Shown in pieces: positions 38,162 to 45,930 of a stretch of DNA of 47,470 nucleotides. This stretch comes from an uncultured Bacilli bacterium (lineage in GTDB: Bacteria > Bacillota_I > Bacilli_A > RF39 > UBA660), in NCBI GenBank assembly GCA_934098445.1, contig CAKOOW010000002.1, positions 1-47,470 on the forward strand, written 5' to 3'. The notes under the pieces are model-generated. The model had not been told where the DNA came from and ran no database searches. It saw only the letters and a program-made list of their open reading frames with translations. The position numbers were made by a program, and so were the translations under genes. Every line of letters starts with the position of its first letter. Within the stretch, counting starts at the first letter, position 1.

Positions 38162-38195
38162 AATACTACAATGAATCTTTTATTGTAGTATTTTT
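38162..38195. terminator. second hairpin terminator (possibly bidirectional)
   Basis: 11-bp stem aatactacaat / attgtagtatt followed by ttt on the + strand. An A/T run sits on the other side. Confidence 0.45.
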
Positions 38196-38319
38196 GGTAA
38201 AATGACAAAGAAAAAGTTAAAGTATGTTTTTAGAAGAAAATGGAAAACTAAAGAAGAAAAATGTTTACAAATGATGGTAAAATAAGTATGATAAAAGAAA
38301 TTTGAAAAGAGGGAATGCT

Positions 38320-40272
38320 ATGTTTGAATTAGTATCAAAATATCAACCTAGTGGCGATCAACCAGAAGCTATTAAAGAATTAGTCGAAGGAATAAATGCT
38401 GGCAAGAAAGAACAGGTTTTACTGGGAGCCACGGGAACAGGTAAAACTTTTACGATTGCCAATGTTATTGCTAAAACGAATAAACCAACGTTAGTACTTG
38501 CTCATAATAAGACTCTTGCCGGACAATTGTATTCGGAGTTAAAAGAATTCTTTCCACATAATCATGTTGAATACTTTGTATCCTATTATGATTATTATCA
38601 ACCAGAAGCTTATGTTCCTTCGAGTGATACTTATATTGAAAAGGATAGCTCTATTAACGATGAGATTGATGAATTAAGACATGGGGCGACTAGTAGTCTA
38701 ATTAATAATCGAGATGTTATAGTAGTAGCTAGTGTGTCTTGTATCTATGGAATTGGAGATAAAGAAGACTATGTTAATTCGATGTTAATACTTAGTGTAG
38801 GACAGAAGATTAGTAGAGGATATATCTTAGATAGATTAGTAGATATGACTTATGAGAGAAATGATTTAGACTTTCATAGAGGGACTTTTAGAGTACATGG
38901 TGATACTATTGATATTATTATGGCTAGTGAAAAGGCGCATGGGGTAAGAATAGAGTTATTTGGAGATGAAGTAGATAGAATAGCAATATTTGATCCTTTG
39001 ACGGGGGGAATAGAAAAACAAGTTAAGAATATATCTATATTTCCAGCGACGCATTTTGTTACGAGTAAAGATAAGTTAAATGAAGCGATAAGAAGAATAC
39101 AAGAAGAGTTAGAGGAAAGATTAAAGTATCTTAAAGATAATAATAAATTAATAGAAGAACAAAGATTAAGAGAAAGAGTTAACTATGATATAGAGATGCT
39201 AAAAGAAACAGGCTTTTGTAATGGAGTAGAGAATTATTCTAGACATTTAGCTTTAAGAGGAGAAGGAGAGACTCCTTCGACTTTGATGGATTTCTTTCCT
39301 AAAGACTTCTTATTAGTAGTAGATGAATCTCATGTAACATTACCACAAGTAAGAGGAATGTATAATGGGGATAGGATGCGTAAACAAACACTTGTAGATT
39401 ATGGATTTAGATTACCTAGTGCTTTAGATAATAGACCTCTTAAGTATGAGGAGTTTGAAAGAAAGATTAATCAAGTTATTTATGTATCAGCAACACCAGG
39501 AGACTTAGAATTAGAACATACGCATAATCAGTATGTAGAACAGATAATAAGACCGACAGGATTATTAGATCCAGAGATTGAGATTAGAAAGACTGAAGGT
39601 CAAATAGATGATATTATCAGTGAAATTAATATTCGAAAGAAGAGAAATGAAAGAGTATTAATAACTACTTTGACTATTAGAATGGCAGAAGAATTAACTA
39701 ACTATTTAAAAGAAGTAGGTATTAAAGTAGAATATTTACATAGTGAGGTTAAGACTTTAGATAGACTTAAAATTATTCATGATTTAAGATGCGGTAAGTA
39801 TGATTGTGTAGTAGGTATTAACTTATTAAGAGAGGGTATAGATATACCTGAGGTATCTTTAATATGTATTATGGATGCGGATAAGCAAGGATTCTTAAGA
39901 AGTACAAGGAGTTTAATTCAGACTGTTGGTAGAGCCGCTAGAAATGCTAATGGACATGTTATTATGTATGCAGATACAGTAAGTGATGCAATGGATGAGA
40001 CTATCAAAGAGACTAATAGACGTCGTAGTATTCAAGAAAAATATAATAAAGAACATGGAATAGTTCCTAAGACTATTATTAAAGAAATAAGAGAAGTTGT
40101 TTCTAATGAGATTAAAGAAGATAATAGTACTAAGAAGACAAAGATGAATAAGAAAGAGAAAGCTTTATTAATGCAATCAATTGAGACGCAGATGAATGAG
40201 GCTGCTAAGAATTTAGACTTTGAAAGGGCTATGGAGTTAAGAGATATCTTATTTGAGATGAAAAGTAATTAA
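38320..40272 (+). CDS. uvrB: excinuclease ABC subunit B
   Basis: [11 protein letters not shown], Walker [18 protein letters not shown]-terminal UVR motif ([11 protein letters not shown]). ATG 38320 follows the aaaagaggg RBS. An extended -10 tggtaaaat lies at 38273-38281. Confidence 0.95.
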   Translation: MFELVSKYQPSGDQPEAIKELVEGINAGKKEQVLLGATGTGKTFTIANVIAKTNKPTLVLAHNKTLAGQLYSELKEFFPHNHVEYFVSYYDYYQPEAYVPSSDTYIEKDSSINDEIDELRHGATSSLINNRDVIVVASVSCIYGIGDKEDYVNSMLILSVGQKISRGYILDRLVDMTYERNDLDFHRGTFRVHGDTIDIIMASEKAHGVRIELFGDEVDRIAIFDPLTGGIEKQVKNISIFPATHFVTSKDKLNEAIRRIQEELEERLKYLKDNNKLIEEQRLRERVNYDIEMLKETGFCNGVENYSRHLALRGEGETPSTLMDFFPKDFLLVVDESHVTLPQVRGMYNGDRMRKQTLVDYGFRLPSALDNRPLKYEEFERKINQVIYVSATPGDLELEHTHNQYVEQIIRPTGLLDPEIEIRKTEGQIDDIISEINIRKKRNERVLITTLTIRMAEELTNYLKEVGIKVEYLHSEVKTLDRLKIIHDLRCGKYDCVVGINLLREGIDIPEVSLICIMDADKQGFLRSTRSLIQTVGRAARNANGHVIMYADTVSDAMDETIKETNRRRSIQEKYNKEHGIVPKTIIKEIREVVSNEIKEDNSTKKTKMNKKEKALLMQSIETQMNEAAKNLDFERAMELRDILFEMKSN

Positions 40273-40278
40273 AAAATT

Positions 40279-40308
40279 GTTACCTATATGCTAGGTAACG
40301 ATTTTTTT
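40279..40308 (+). terminator. uvrB rho-independent terminator
   Basis: Stem gttaccta / taggtaac with a 5-nt loop, followed by gattttttt. Confidence 0.75.
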
Positions 40309-40360
40309 AAGTTCTATGTATATATTCTATTTATATGGATATATTAAATTTATTTATATA

Positions 40361-40388
40361 TTTTCATAGAGTTGAAAACTCTATGAAA
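40361..40388. repeat. left copy of a perfect 28-bp inverted repeat (itself a hairpin: ttcatagagtt-gaa-aactctatgaa)
   Basis: ttttcatagagttgaaaactctatgaaa is the exact reverse complement of 40627..40654. The complementary loop triplets (gaa versus ttc) show the copies are inverted, not direct. Confidence 0.85.
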
Positions 40389-40483
40389 GCTAACTTTCGG
40401 ATACTATTCTTACTTTATAACATAACTATATCATAGAAAATAGGCTTTTTAAAGAAAAAGTCATTAGTTTAACTATTCTTTTG

Positions 40484-40595
40484 TAGTCAAATTTCTAGTC
40501 AAGTAAATATTCTTCAAATCTAGGTGAATATTGGTCTTGTAAGACATTATCATAGTTAGAAAATCAAATCTATTCTAGTCAAAAATTCTAGTCAA
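40484..40595. repeat. four TAGTCAA (TTGACTA on the minus strand) boxes in two pairs spaced 12-13 bp
   Basis: Boxes at 40484-40490, 40496-40502, 40576-40582 and 40589-40595. Three share the longer form ttctagtcaa. Confidence 0.7.
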
Positions 40596-40623
40596 ATAGT
40601 CTTTAAGACCAGTATTCACCTAG
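40520..40623. repeat. inner imperfect inverted repeat pair (40520..40545 and 40599..40623)
   Basis: ctaggtgaatattggtcttgtaagac compared with the reverse complement ctaggtgaatactggtcttaaagac shows 1 mismatch and a 1-nt indel. Each arm ends in a small gtctt/aagac palindrome. Confidence 0.75.
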
Positions 40624-40626
40624 TAT

Positions 40627-40654
40627 TTTCATAGAGTTTTCAACTCTATGAAAA
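40627..40654. repeat. right copy of the perfect 28-bp inverted repeat
   Basis: tttcatagagttttcaactctatgaaaa is the reverse complement of 40361..40388. Confidence 0.85.
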
Positions 40655-40725
40655 GTGTAAAGAAATGTAAAGTATATTATTCTTATAAATGGTTATTCTA
40701 TATGTGAATATTACCTATAGATAGG

Positions 40726-42195
40726 ATGGCTTCTGGAATTATGAAAAAGTTTAATAAAGATAAATATTTAAAACAAATGGAATTTAAAAGATTTTATAGA
40801 AAATATGAAAGATACTTTTATATCGGTATTCCTTGTCTTTTAGTAGGTATCTTAGGAATATATTTTGCTTATTCAAAATTTACTACTACGGCTGATGAAG
40901 AAGTAGTAAAAACAACTGTTGGTGATTTTATTTATGGTGATGTAGTTATTAATAATTATGTTAATGGTGAGTATGTAGTTGAGGCTCCAGCCCAAGCCAC
41001 TGGATATAAAGTTGATAAAATTGTTTGTGATAATGGTGCCATTGGCGAATGGAATGCTAGAGATTGGGGACCAATTATTTCTAATGTAACTAAAAGAAGT
41101 AAATGCAATATTTATTTTGTGAATACTGAAAAGATAAATATTGGTAATGTGGCTGTGCCATTAGATGCTTATGGACTTTGTCCAACAGTAAATGCAGACG
41201 GGACAGCAACGGTTACGGAAGGAGAAAGCACATACGGCTATTTATGCAGTATGAAAGATGCTTATGGGACAAGCTATTACTATCGTGGTAATGTAACAAA
41301 TAACTATGTAAAATTTGGAACATGGTCTAATGATACACCGTCAATATTTGCTGATAGATATGGCGAACTGTATGATTCTTTAGATGATTGCAAAAACCAA
41401 GAAGATTCATCTGATTGTACTGAGATAATTCGTGCTGGAAAAGATATGTATTGGCGTATAATTCGTATAAACGGTGATGGTACGGTAAGAGTTATATATG
41501 ATGGTACGAGTGCTAGTTCAAACGGTGAATCTAGTAGTTATAGGCAAATTGGTACTACGGCTTTCAATAGCTCTAATGGTAATGCTTATATTGGTTATAT
41601 GTATGGTAAAGATGATGCATCAACCTATGCTGAGACCCATGCTAATACCAATAATTCAACAATAAAAACTTATCTTGATACATGGTATGAGAATAATATT
41701 AAAGGGACAACAAATGAACAATATATTGCCGATAATATATTTTGTAATGATCGTAGCTTTGCTCCAAATAATACTGGGAAAGGTACTTCCGCCTATTTTA
41801 CATATTATCGCTGGTACAATGATGCTGGCACTACGCAAAACAGTAAAATGATGTTGACATGTCCACAGAAAAATGATGCTTTTACAGTAAATGATACAAT
41901 TAAAGGAAATGGTGCTTTAACTTATGGCATAGGTTTGTTAACGGCTGATGAAGTAGTATTAGCTGGAGGCTTGGGTTCAAGTAATTTAAATTATTACCTC
42001 CATAGTGGGCAAGACTATTGGCTTGCTTCGCCTGGCAGCTTCTACGGCCACACTTATGAGCGTAATGTGAGTTCCGACGGTCACTCGATGGAACGCCGTA
42101 TCGACTACTCGTTTGGGGCTCGTCCAGTTTTTAATCTGACATCTGATATATTAAAAAATGGTGATGGGATATCTAGTAATCCTTATCACGCGTAA
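40726..42195 (+). CDS. membrane-anchored surface protein, DGR-target-like paralogue with C-terminal variable block VR2
   Basis: N-terminal TM anchor (YFYIGIPCLLVGILGIYFAY). Conserved body shared with 42759..44009 (YWRIIR-NGDG-VRVIYDGTSA, FCNDRSFAPNN, MLTCPQKNDAFTV). A WLASP...G-x-RPVFNL C-terminal module contains the GC-rich block. The start could be ATG 40726 or 40741. Confidence 0.85.
   Translation: MASGIMKKFNKDKYLKQMEFKRFYRKYERYFYIGIPCLLVGILGIYFAYSKFTTTADEEVVKTTVGDFIYGDVVINNYVNGEYVVEAPAQATGYKVDKIVCDNGAIGEWNARDWGPIISNVTKRSKCNIYFVNTEKINIGNVAVPLDAYGLCPTVNADGTATVTEGESTYGYLCSMKDAYGTSYYYRGNVTNNYVKFGTWSNDTPSIFADRYGELYDSLDDCKNQEDSSDCTEIIRAGKDMYWRIIRINGDGTVRVIYDGTSASSNGESSSYRQIGTTAFNSSNGNAYIGYMYGKDDASTYAETHANTNNSTIKTYLDTWYENNIKGTTNEQYIADNIFCNDRSFAPNNTGKGTSAYFTYYRWYNDAGTTQNSKMMLTCPQKNDAFTVNDTIKGNGALTYGIGLLTADEVVLAGGLGSSNLNYYLHSGQDYWLASPGSFYGHTYERNVSSDGHSMERRIDYSFGARPVFNLTSDILKNGDGISSNPYHA
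42022..42126 (+). repeat. Variable-region-like block VR2 (collinear with the TR at 42372..42479)
   Basis: The 12-nt 5' boundary cttgcttcgcct and the 3' end cgtcca are identical to the TR. About 56% GC by hand count (42021-42120). Differences from the TR fall mostly on TR adenines. Confidence 0.8.
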
Positions 42196-42226
42196 GTGTA
42201 AATATTGCTTAAACGAAGACGATATT

Positions 42227-42266
42227 GTCGCAGAATAAATCTATTCTGCGACCGCCGATTTTTTTA
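42227..42266 (+). terminator. GC-containing hairpin plus T-run downstream of the VR2 gene (terminator; possibly also a DGR-associated hairpin)
   Basis: Perfect 11-bp stem gtcgcagaata / tattctgcgac with a 4-nt loop, followed by cgccgattttttt. Confidence 0.7.
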
Positions 42267-42371
42267 ATTTAAACACGGTTACTGGTTGTGTTACTTGTAG
42301 CCGTGACAAATTAAAATCTTTATATTGATAATATAAAGTTGGCTTATTCTATATAATACGAGTTAGTCTTA

Positions 42372-42479
42372 CTTGCTTCGCCTAACAACTTCAACGGCAA
42401 CAATGCTAATGGGTGTAATGTGAATTCCAACGGTAACTTGAACAACAACAATGTCAACAACTCGAGTGGGGGCCGTCCA
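42372..42479 (+). repeat. DGR-type template repeat (TR)-like non-coding element, Asn-codon (AAC/AAT)-rich
   Basis: There is no start codon and an in-frame stop lies 5 codons upstream. In the target frame it reads LASPNNFNGNNANGCNVNSNGNLNNNNVNNSSGGRP. 16 of the 33 codons from cct to cca are AAY. It is collinear with VR2 and VR3. Confidence 0.8.
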
Positions 42480-42758
42480 TATTCCTGCTAAGATTGGTAA
42501 ATAACTAATGTCACTCATGATAAAGGGCTATGGCTTTTTATTGCAAGAAGTAACCTTTTAAGACTAGAAATAATATCTATTTGATTTTTTTAAACAAAGT
42601 TAAATATGGTACCAAACTTTTATAAGGTAATCTATATTTTAGATTGGAAACAAGAATAAACCAGTGGTAATTAACCCGAACATATGGCATAGATGCCTTT
42701 AAACATGCTTTAAAGGCTAAATACTATGTCACAAAATTAATATGGGAGATATATTAAG

Positions 42759-44009
42759 ATGAGTAAAAATAAAAAAAGAAAAAAACTATTTATTATTTTA
42801 AGTATAGTGTGTTTACTTACTATAAGTAGTATTAGTTTTATTTATTATAAGCAGGGTACAAAAGTTGAATCTATTATTGGGGCATATATAGATGGTGAAT
42901 ATTCAACAACATTACCATCTAAAGGTAGTGGCTATGCTGTTGAAAAAATTGTTTGTGATAATAATAAAAGTGCCAGTTGGGATAATGTTAAATGGGGGCT
43001 TAAATTATCTAATTGGAGTACAAGAAGTAGATGTAATATTTACTTTAAAAGTCTAGAAAGTTTTACAATAGCAAGTAAAACATTTTACTTAGATGAAATG
43101 CAAAGATGTCCATCTATGAATAGTGATGGAACTGTTACTGTAACGGGAGCTGAAGATACTTATGGATATTTATGTAAAGCAAAAGATGTCTATGGTGATT
43201 CTTATTATTTTAGAGGTAATGTAACAAATAATTATGTTTTATTTGCTGATAAATATTGGCGTATTATTAGATATAATGGTGATGGCTCAGTAAGAGTAAT
43301 TTATGATGGAACATCAGCACATGCTAATGGTGAATCAAGTACCGATAGACAAATAGGAACAAGTGCTTTCAACAGTAGTTATAATGATAATGCTTATGTA
43401 GGGTATATGTATGGTAAAGTTGGAGCTTCAACATATGCTGAAACACATGCTAATATTAATAATTCCACAATAAAAACATATATAGATACTTGGTATGAAA
43501 ATAATATTAAAGGTACCTCTAATGAAAAATATATAGTTGATAATGTTTTCTGTAATGACCGCAGTTTTGCTCCCAATAATAGTGGGACAGGTGCTGGAAA
43601 GAGTAGCACTTATTATCGTTGGTATAACTTTGCAAACACTTCAAATAACAATAAGATGATGTTAACATGTCCGCAAAAAAACGATGCTTTTACTGTAAGT
43701 GATACTTCTAAAGGAAATGGCGCCTTAACATATGGGATTGGTTTGGTAACAACTGATGAAGTAGTTTTAGGTGGTGGATGGAATTCTTATAATTCTAATT
43801 ATTATTTACGTACTGGTGATGAGTATTGGACATCTTCCCCTTATTATTTTAGCGGCAGCCGCGCTTATGGGCGTCATGTTTTTTCGGACGGTTATGCTAA
43901 CGACTACTACAGTGTCTACAATACTTATGGTGTCCGCCCAGTTATCAATCTAAGCTCTGAGATTCTAAATAACGGTGATGGGACAGCTAGTAATCCATTC
44001 CATCCGTGA
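42759..44009 (+). CDS. membrane-anchored surface protein, DGR-target-like paralogue with C-terminal variable block VR3
   Basis: N-terminal Lys-rich segment plus TM anchor. Same conserved body as 40726..42195. C-terminal YWTSSP...GVRPVINL module with a GC-rich block. RBS tgggaga lies upstream. Confidence 0.85.
   Translation: MSKNKKRKKLFIILSIVCLLTISSISFIYYKQGTKVESIIGAYIDGEYSTTLPSKGSGYAVEKIVCDNNKSASWDNVKWGLKLSNWSTRSRCNIYFKSLESFTIASKTFYLDEMQRCPSMNSDGTVTVTGAEDTYGYLCKAKDVYGDSYYFRGNVTNNYVLFADKYWRIIRYNGDGSVRVIYDGTSAHANGESSTDRQIGTSAFNSSYNDNAYVGYMYGKVGASTYAETHANINNSTIKTYIDTWYENNIKGTSNEKYIVDNVFCNDRSFAPNNSGTGAGKSSTYYRWYNFANTSNNNKMMLTCPQKNDAFTVSDTSKGNGALTYGIGLVTTDEVVLGGGWNSYNSNYYLRTGDEYWTSSPYYFSGSRAYGRHVFSDGYANDYYSVYNTYGVRPVINLSSEILNNGDGTASNPFHP
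43839..43940 (+). repeat. Variable-region-like block VR3
   Basis: 34 codons from cct to cca. Collinear with the TR, including the gct-N-ggg block, with one extra codon. Scaffold codons are conserved and the AAY positions are replaced (mostly by Tyr, Ser, Asp). Confidence 0.7.
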
Positions 44010-44013
44010 AATT

Positions 44014-44057
44014 AAAGAATAATAAATACTAGAGAGGTAGAGTTTATTATTCTTTTT
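44014..44057 (+). terminator. AT-rich hairpin terminator after the VR3 gene
   Basis: 13-bp stem aaagaataataaa / tttattattcttt with a 16-nt loop, then tt. There is only one G:C pair, so it is weak. Confidence 0.4.
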
Positions 44058-44133
44058 AAATTCTAAAGAAAGATATATACTAAATAAGAGGAATTATGCT
44101 ATAATACCACTAGCAAAGAGGAAGTGTATTTAT

Positions 44134-45747
44134 ATGAAGAAGACATATGTCATAGGACATAAAAAACCGGATACAGATTCAGTATGTGCTTCAATTAGTT
44201 ATTCTTATCTAAAGAATAAGTTAGGTTGGGAGACTGAACCTAGAGTATTAGGGAATATTAATAAAGAGACTAAGTTTGTCTTAGATTATTTTAAAGTAGA
44301 AGAACCTAGATATCTTAATGATGTAAAAGTAGAGATTAAAGATATGGCTTATCTTAAAGAAGCGTATATTAATGAACATACATCAATAGAAAAGACATTT
44401 AAAGAGTTACAAAGATTAGGAGTAACAGGATTACCTTTAGTAGATGAGAATCATAAATTAAAGGGATATATTAATGTTAAAGAGATGGCTAAGAATATTA
44501 TAGAGGGTGATTTATATGAATTAAATACATCTTATGATAATATCTTAGAAGTATTAGATGGTAAAGAAATATTAAGATTTGATGATGAGATAAAGGGTAA
44601 TATAATTGCAGCTGCTTATAAGAGTAAGACTTTTACGGAGAGAGTAGAACTTGATAATAGTAATATTTTAATAGTAGCTGATAGACAATATATCATTGAT
44701 TATGCAATTGATAAGGGTGTTAAATTAATTATTATTGTCGGAGATAGAGTATTCCCGGAAGAGTTATTAGAAAAAGCTAAGAAGAATAAAGTTAATATAA
44801 TTAGTACACCAGATTCTACTTATGCGACTGCTAATAGAATGAAGTTATGTAATTATATTGAGACGGTTAATATTAATCCCAATCCCATTAAGTTTACGGA
44901 TTCTGATTATCGTGATAATTTTGTTAGTATTTCCAATAAATATGGTCATACTAACTATCCAATAGTTGAACAAGATAATACTTGTATTGGGATGTTAAGA
45001 TTAATAGATCAAAATAACTATGAGAAATATAATGTTATTTTAGTAGATCATAATCAACCAGCTCAAAGTGTTGATGGGTTAGAAGAAGCTAATATTATGG
45101 AAATAATTGATCATCATAATCTAGGTAACTTGGGTACACAAATGCCTATTCAATTTAGATCAATGCCAGTAGGTTGTACTTGTACTTTGATTTATCAAAT
45201 CTATAAAGAAAATAATATTGAAATTCCTGAGAATATTGCGGGTTTAATGTTAAGTGCTATTCTATCAGATACATTATTATTAAAGAGTCCAACGACTACG
45301 GAGATGGATGTAGAAGTAGCTCGTAAATTAGCTGCTATTGCTAATTTAGATATTCAAGAATATGGGATGGCTATGTTAAAAGCTGGTTCATCTATTAAAG
45401 GAATGACTATTCCCGAGATAGTTGAACAAGACTTTAAGACCTTTAAACTAGGAGATGTTTCTTTAGGAATAGGACAAGTTATGACTATGGATTTTGAAGA
45501 AATAGCTAAAGATATGTATAAGTATATTGAACATTTAGATGATATGTGCGTTAGAAATAATTATAAAGTAGCAGTTTTATTTGTTACTGATCCTGTGAAG
45601 AATGGTTCATATGTTATTTATAGTACTGGTAATGATGATTTAATTAAAGAAGCTTATAAAGATAGTAATTTAGTTGAAGGTACATATCTTGATGGTATGG
45701 TATCAAGAAAGAAACAAATGTATCCACAACTTGCAGCGGTAATCTAA
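44134..45747 (+). CDS. ppaC: family II (DHH-DHHA2) inorganic pyrophosphatase with a CBS/DRTGG insert
   Basis: GHKKPDTDSV (DHH motif I), VDHNQ, IIDHHNLG, DHHA2 motif LSAILSDTLLLKSPTTT. The insert of about 250 aa and the 537-aa length fit CBS-PPases. Confidence 0.8.
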   Translation: MKKTYVIGHKKPDTDSVCASISYSYLKNKLGWETEPRVLGNINKETKFVLDYFKVEEPRYLNDVKVEIKDMAYLKEAYINEHTSIEKTFKELQRLGVTGLPLVDENHKLKGYINVKEMAKNIIEGDLYELNTSYDNILEVLDGKEILRFDDEIKGNIIAAAYKSKTFTERVELDNSNILIVADRQYIIDYAIDKGVKLIIIVGDRVFPEELLEKAKKNKVNIISTPDSTYATANRMKLCNYIETVNINPNPIKFTDSDYRDNFVSISNKYGHTNYPIVEQDNTCIGMLRLIDQNNYEKYNVILVDHNQPAQSVDGLEEANIMEIIDHHNLGNLGTQMPIQFRSMPVGCTCTLIYQIYKENNIEIPENIAGLMLSAILSDTLLLKSPTTTEMDVEVARKLAAIANLDIQEYGMAMLKAGSSIKGMTIPEIVEQDFKTFKLGDVSLGIGQVMTMDFEEIAKDMYKYIEHLDDMCVRNNYKVAVLFVTDPVKNGSYVIYSTGNDDLIKEAYKDSNLVEGTYLDGMVSRKKQMYPQLAAVI

Positions 45748-45769
45748 GAGTCAGAAATGGCTCTTTTTT
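45746..45769 (+). terminator. rho-independent terminator
   Basis: 7-bp stem aagagtc / ggctctt (one G-U pair) with a 6-nt loop and a T-run, overlapping the stop codon. Confidence 0.5.
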
Positions 45770-45930
45770 AAGACTAATTGTGTAAAGTAAGTGTAAAAAT
45801 TGCTGAAATTATAAAAAAGTTTGGAATTTTTGAAAAAAAATCGCCATCGACCGCCAATATATCTATATGTAAGGGTAATTTTTCTCATTCTTACAAATTG
45901 CATAACAAGTGAAAGGTAGTTGATGATTAT

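Noticed and set aside
38200-38319. Possible LexA (Cheo-box, GAAC-N4-GTTC) site upstream of uvrB
   Set aside because: The best candidate (gaaaaatgttta) mismatches three core positions. It is not convincing.
40361-40654. The hairpin-forming 28-mers as simple transcription terminators
   Set aside because: uvrB already has a strong terminator at 40279..40308, and neither 28-mer is followed by a T-run. The exact inverted duplication 238 bp apart is not explained by termination, so they are kept as a repeat finding instead.
42357-42491. Open frame through the TR-like element (YELVLLASPNNFNGNN...GGRPYSC)
   Set aside because: It has no start codon, is about 45 codons long and is mostly Asn. It begins right after an in-frame stop. 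A non-coding template repeat fits better than a gene or a simple gene fragment.
3251-43609. Embedded short ORFs: antisense 3251..3499, 7544..7756, 9236..9502, 17921..18112, 19231..19512, 32573..32794, 34837..35034, 36528..36737, 41656..41838, 43394..43609, 46602..46802; same-strand alternative-frame 11842..12042 and 29689..29871
   Set aside because: Each lies wholly or largely inside a longer ORF that has clear family motifs or paralogy. The shadow ORFs have no motifs or translation signals.
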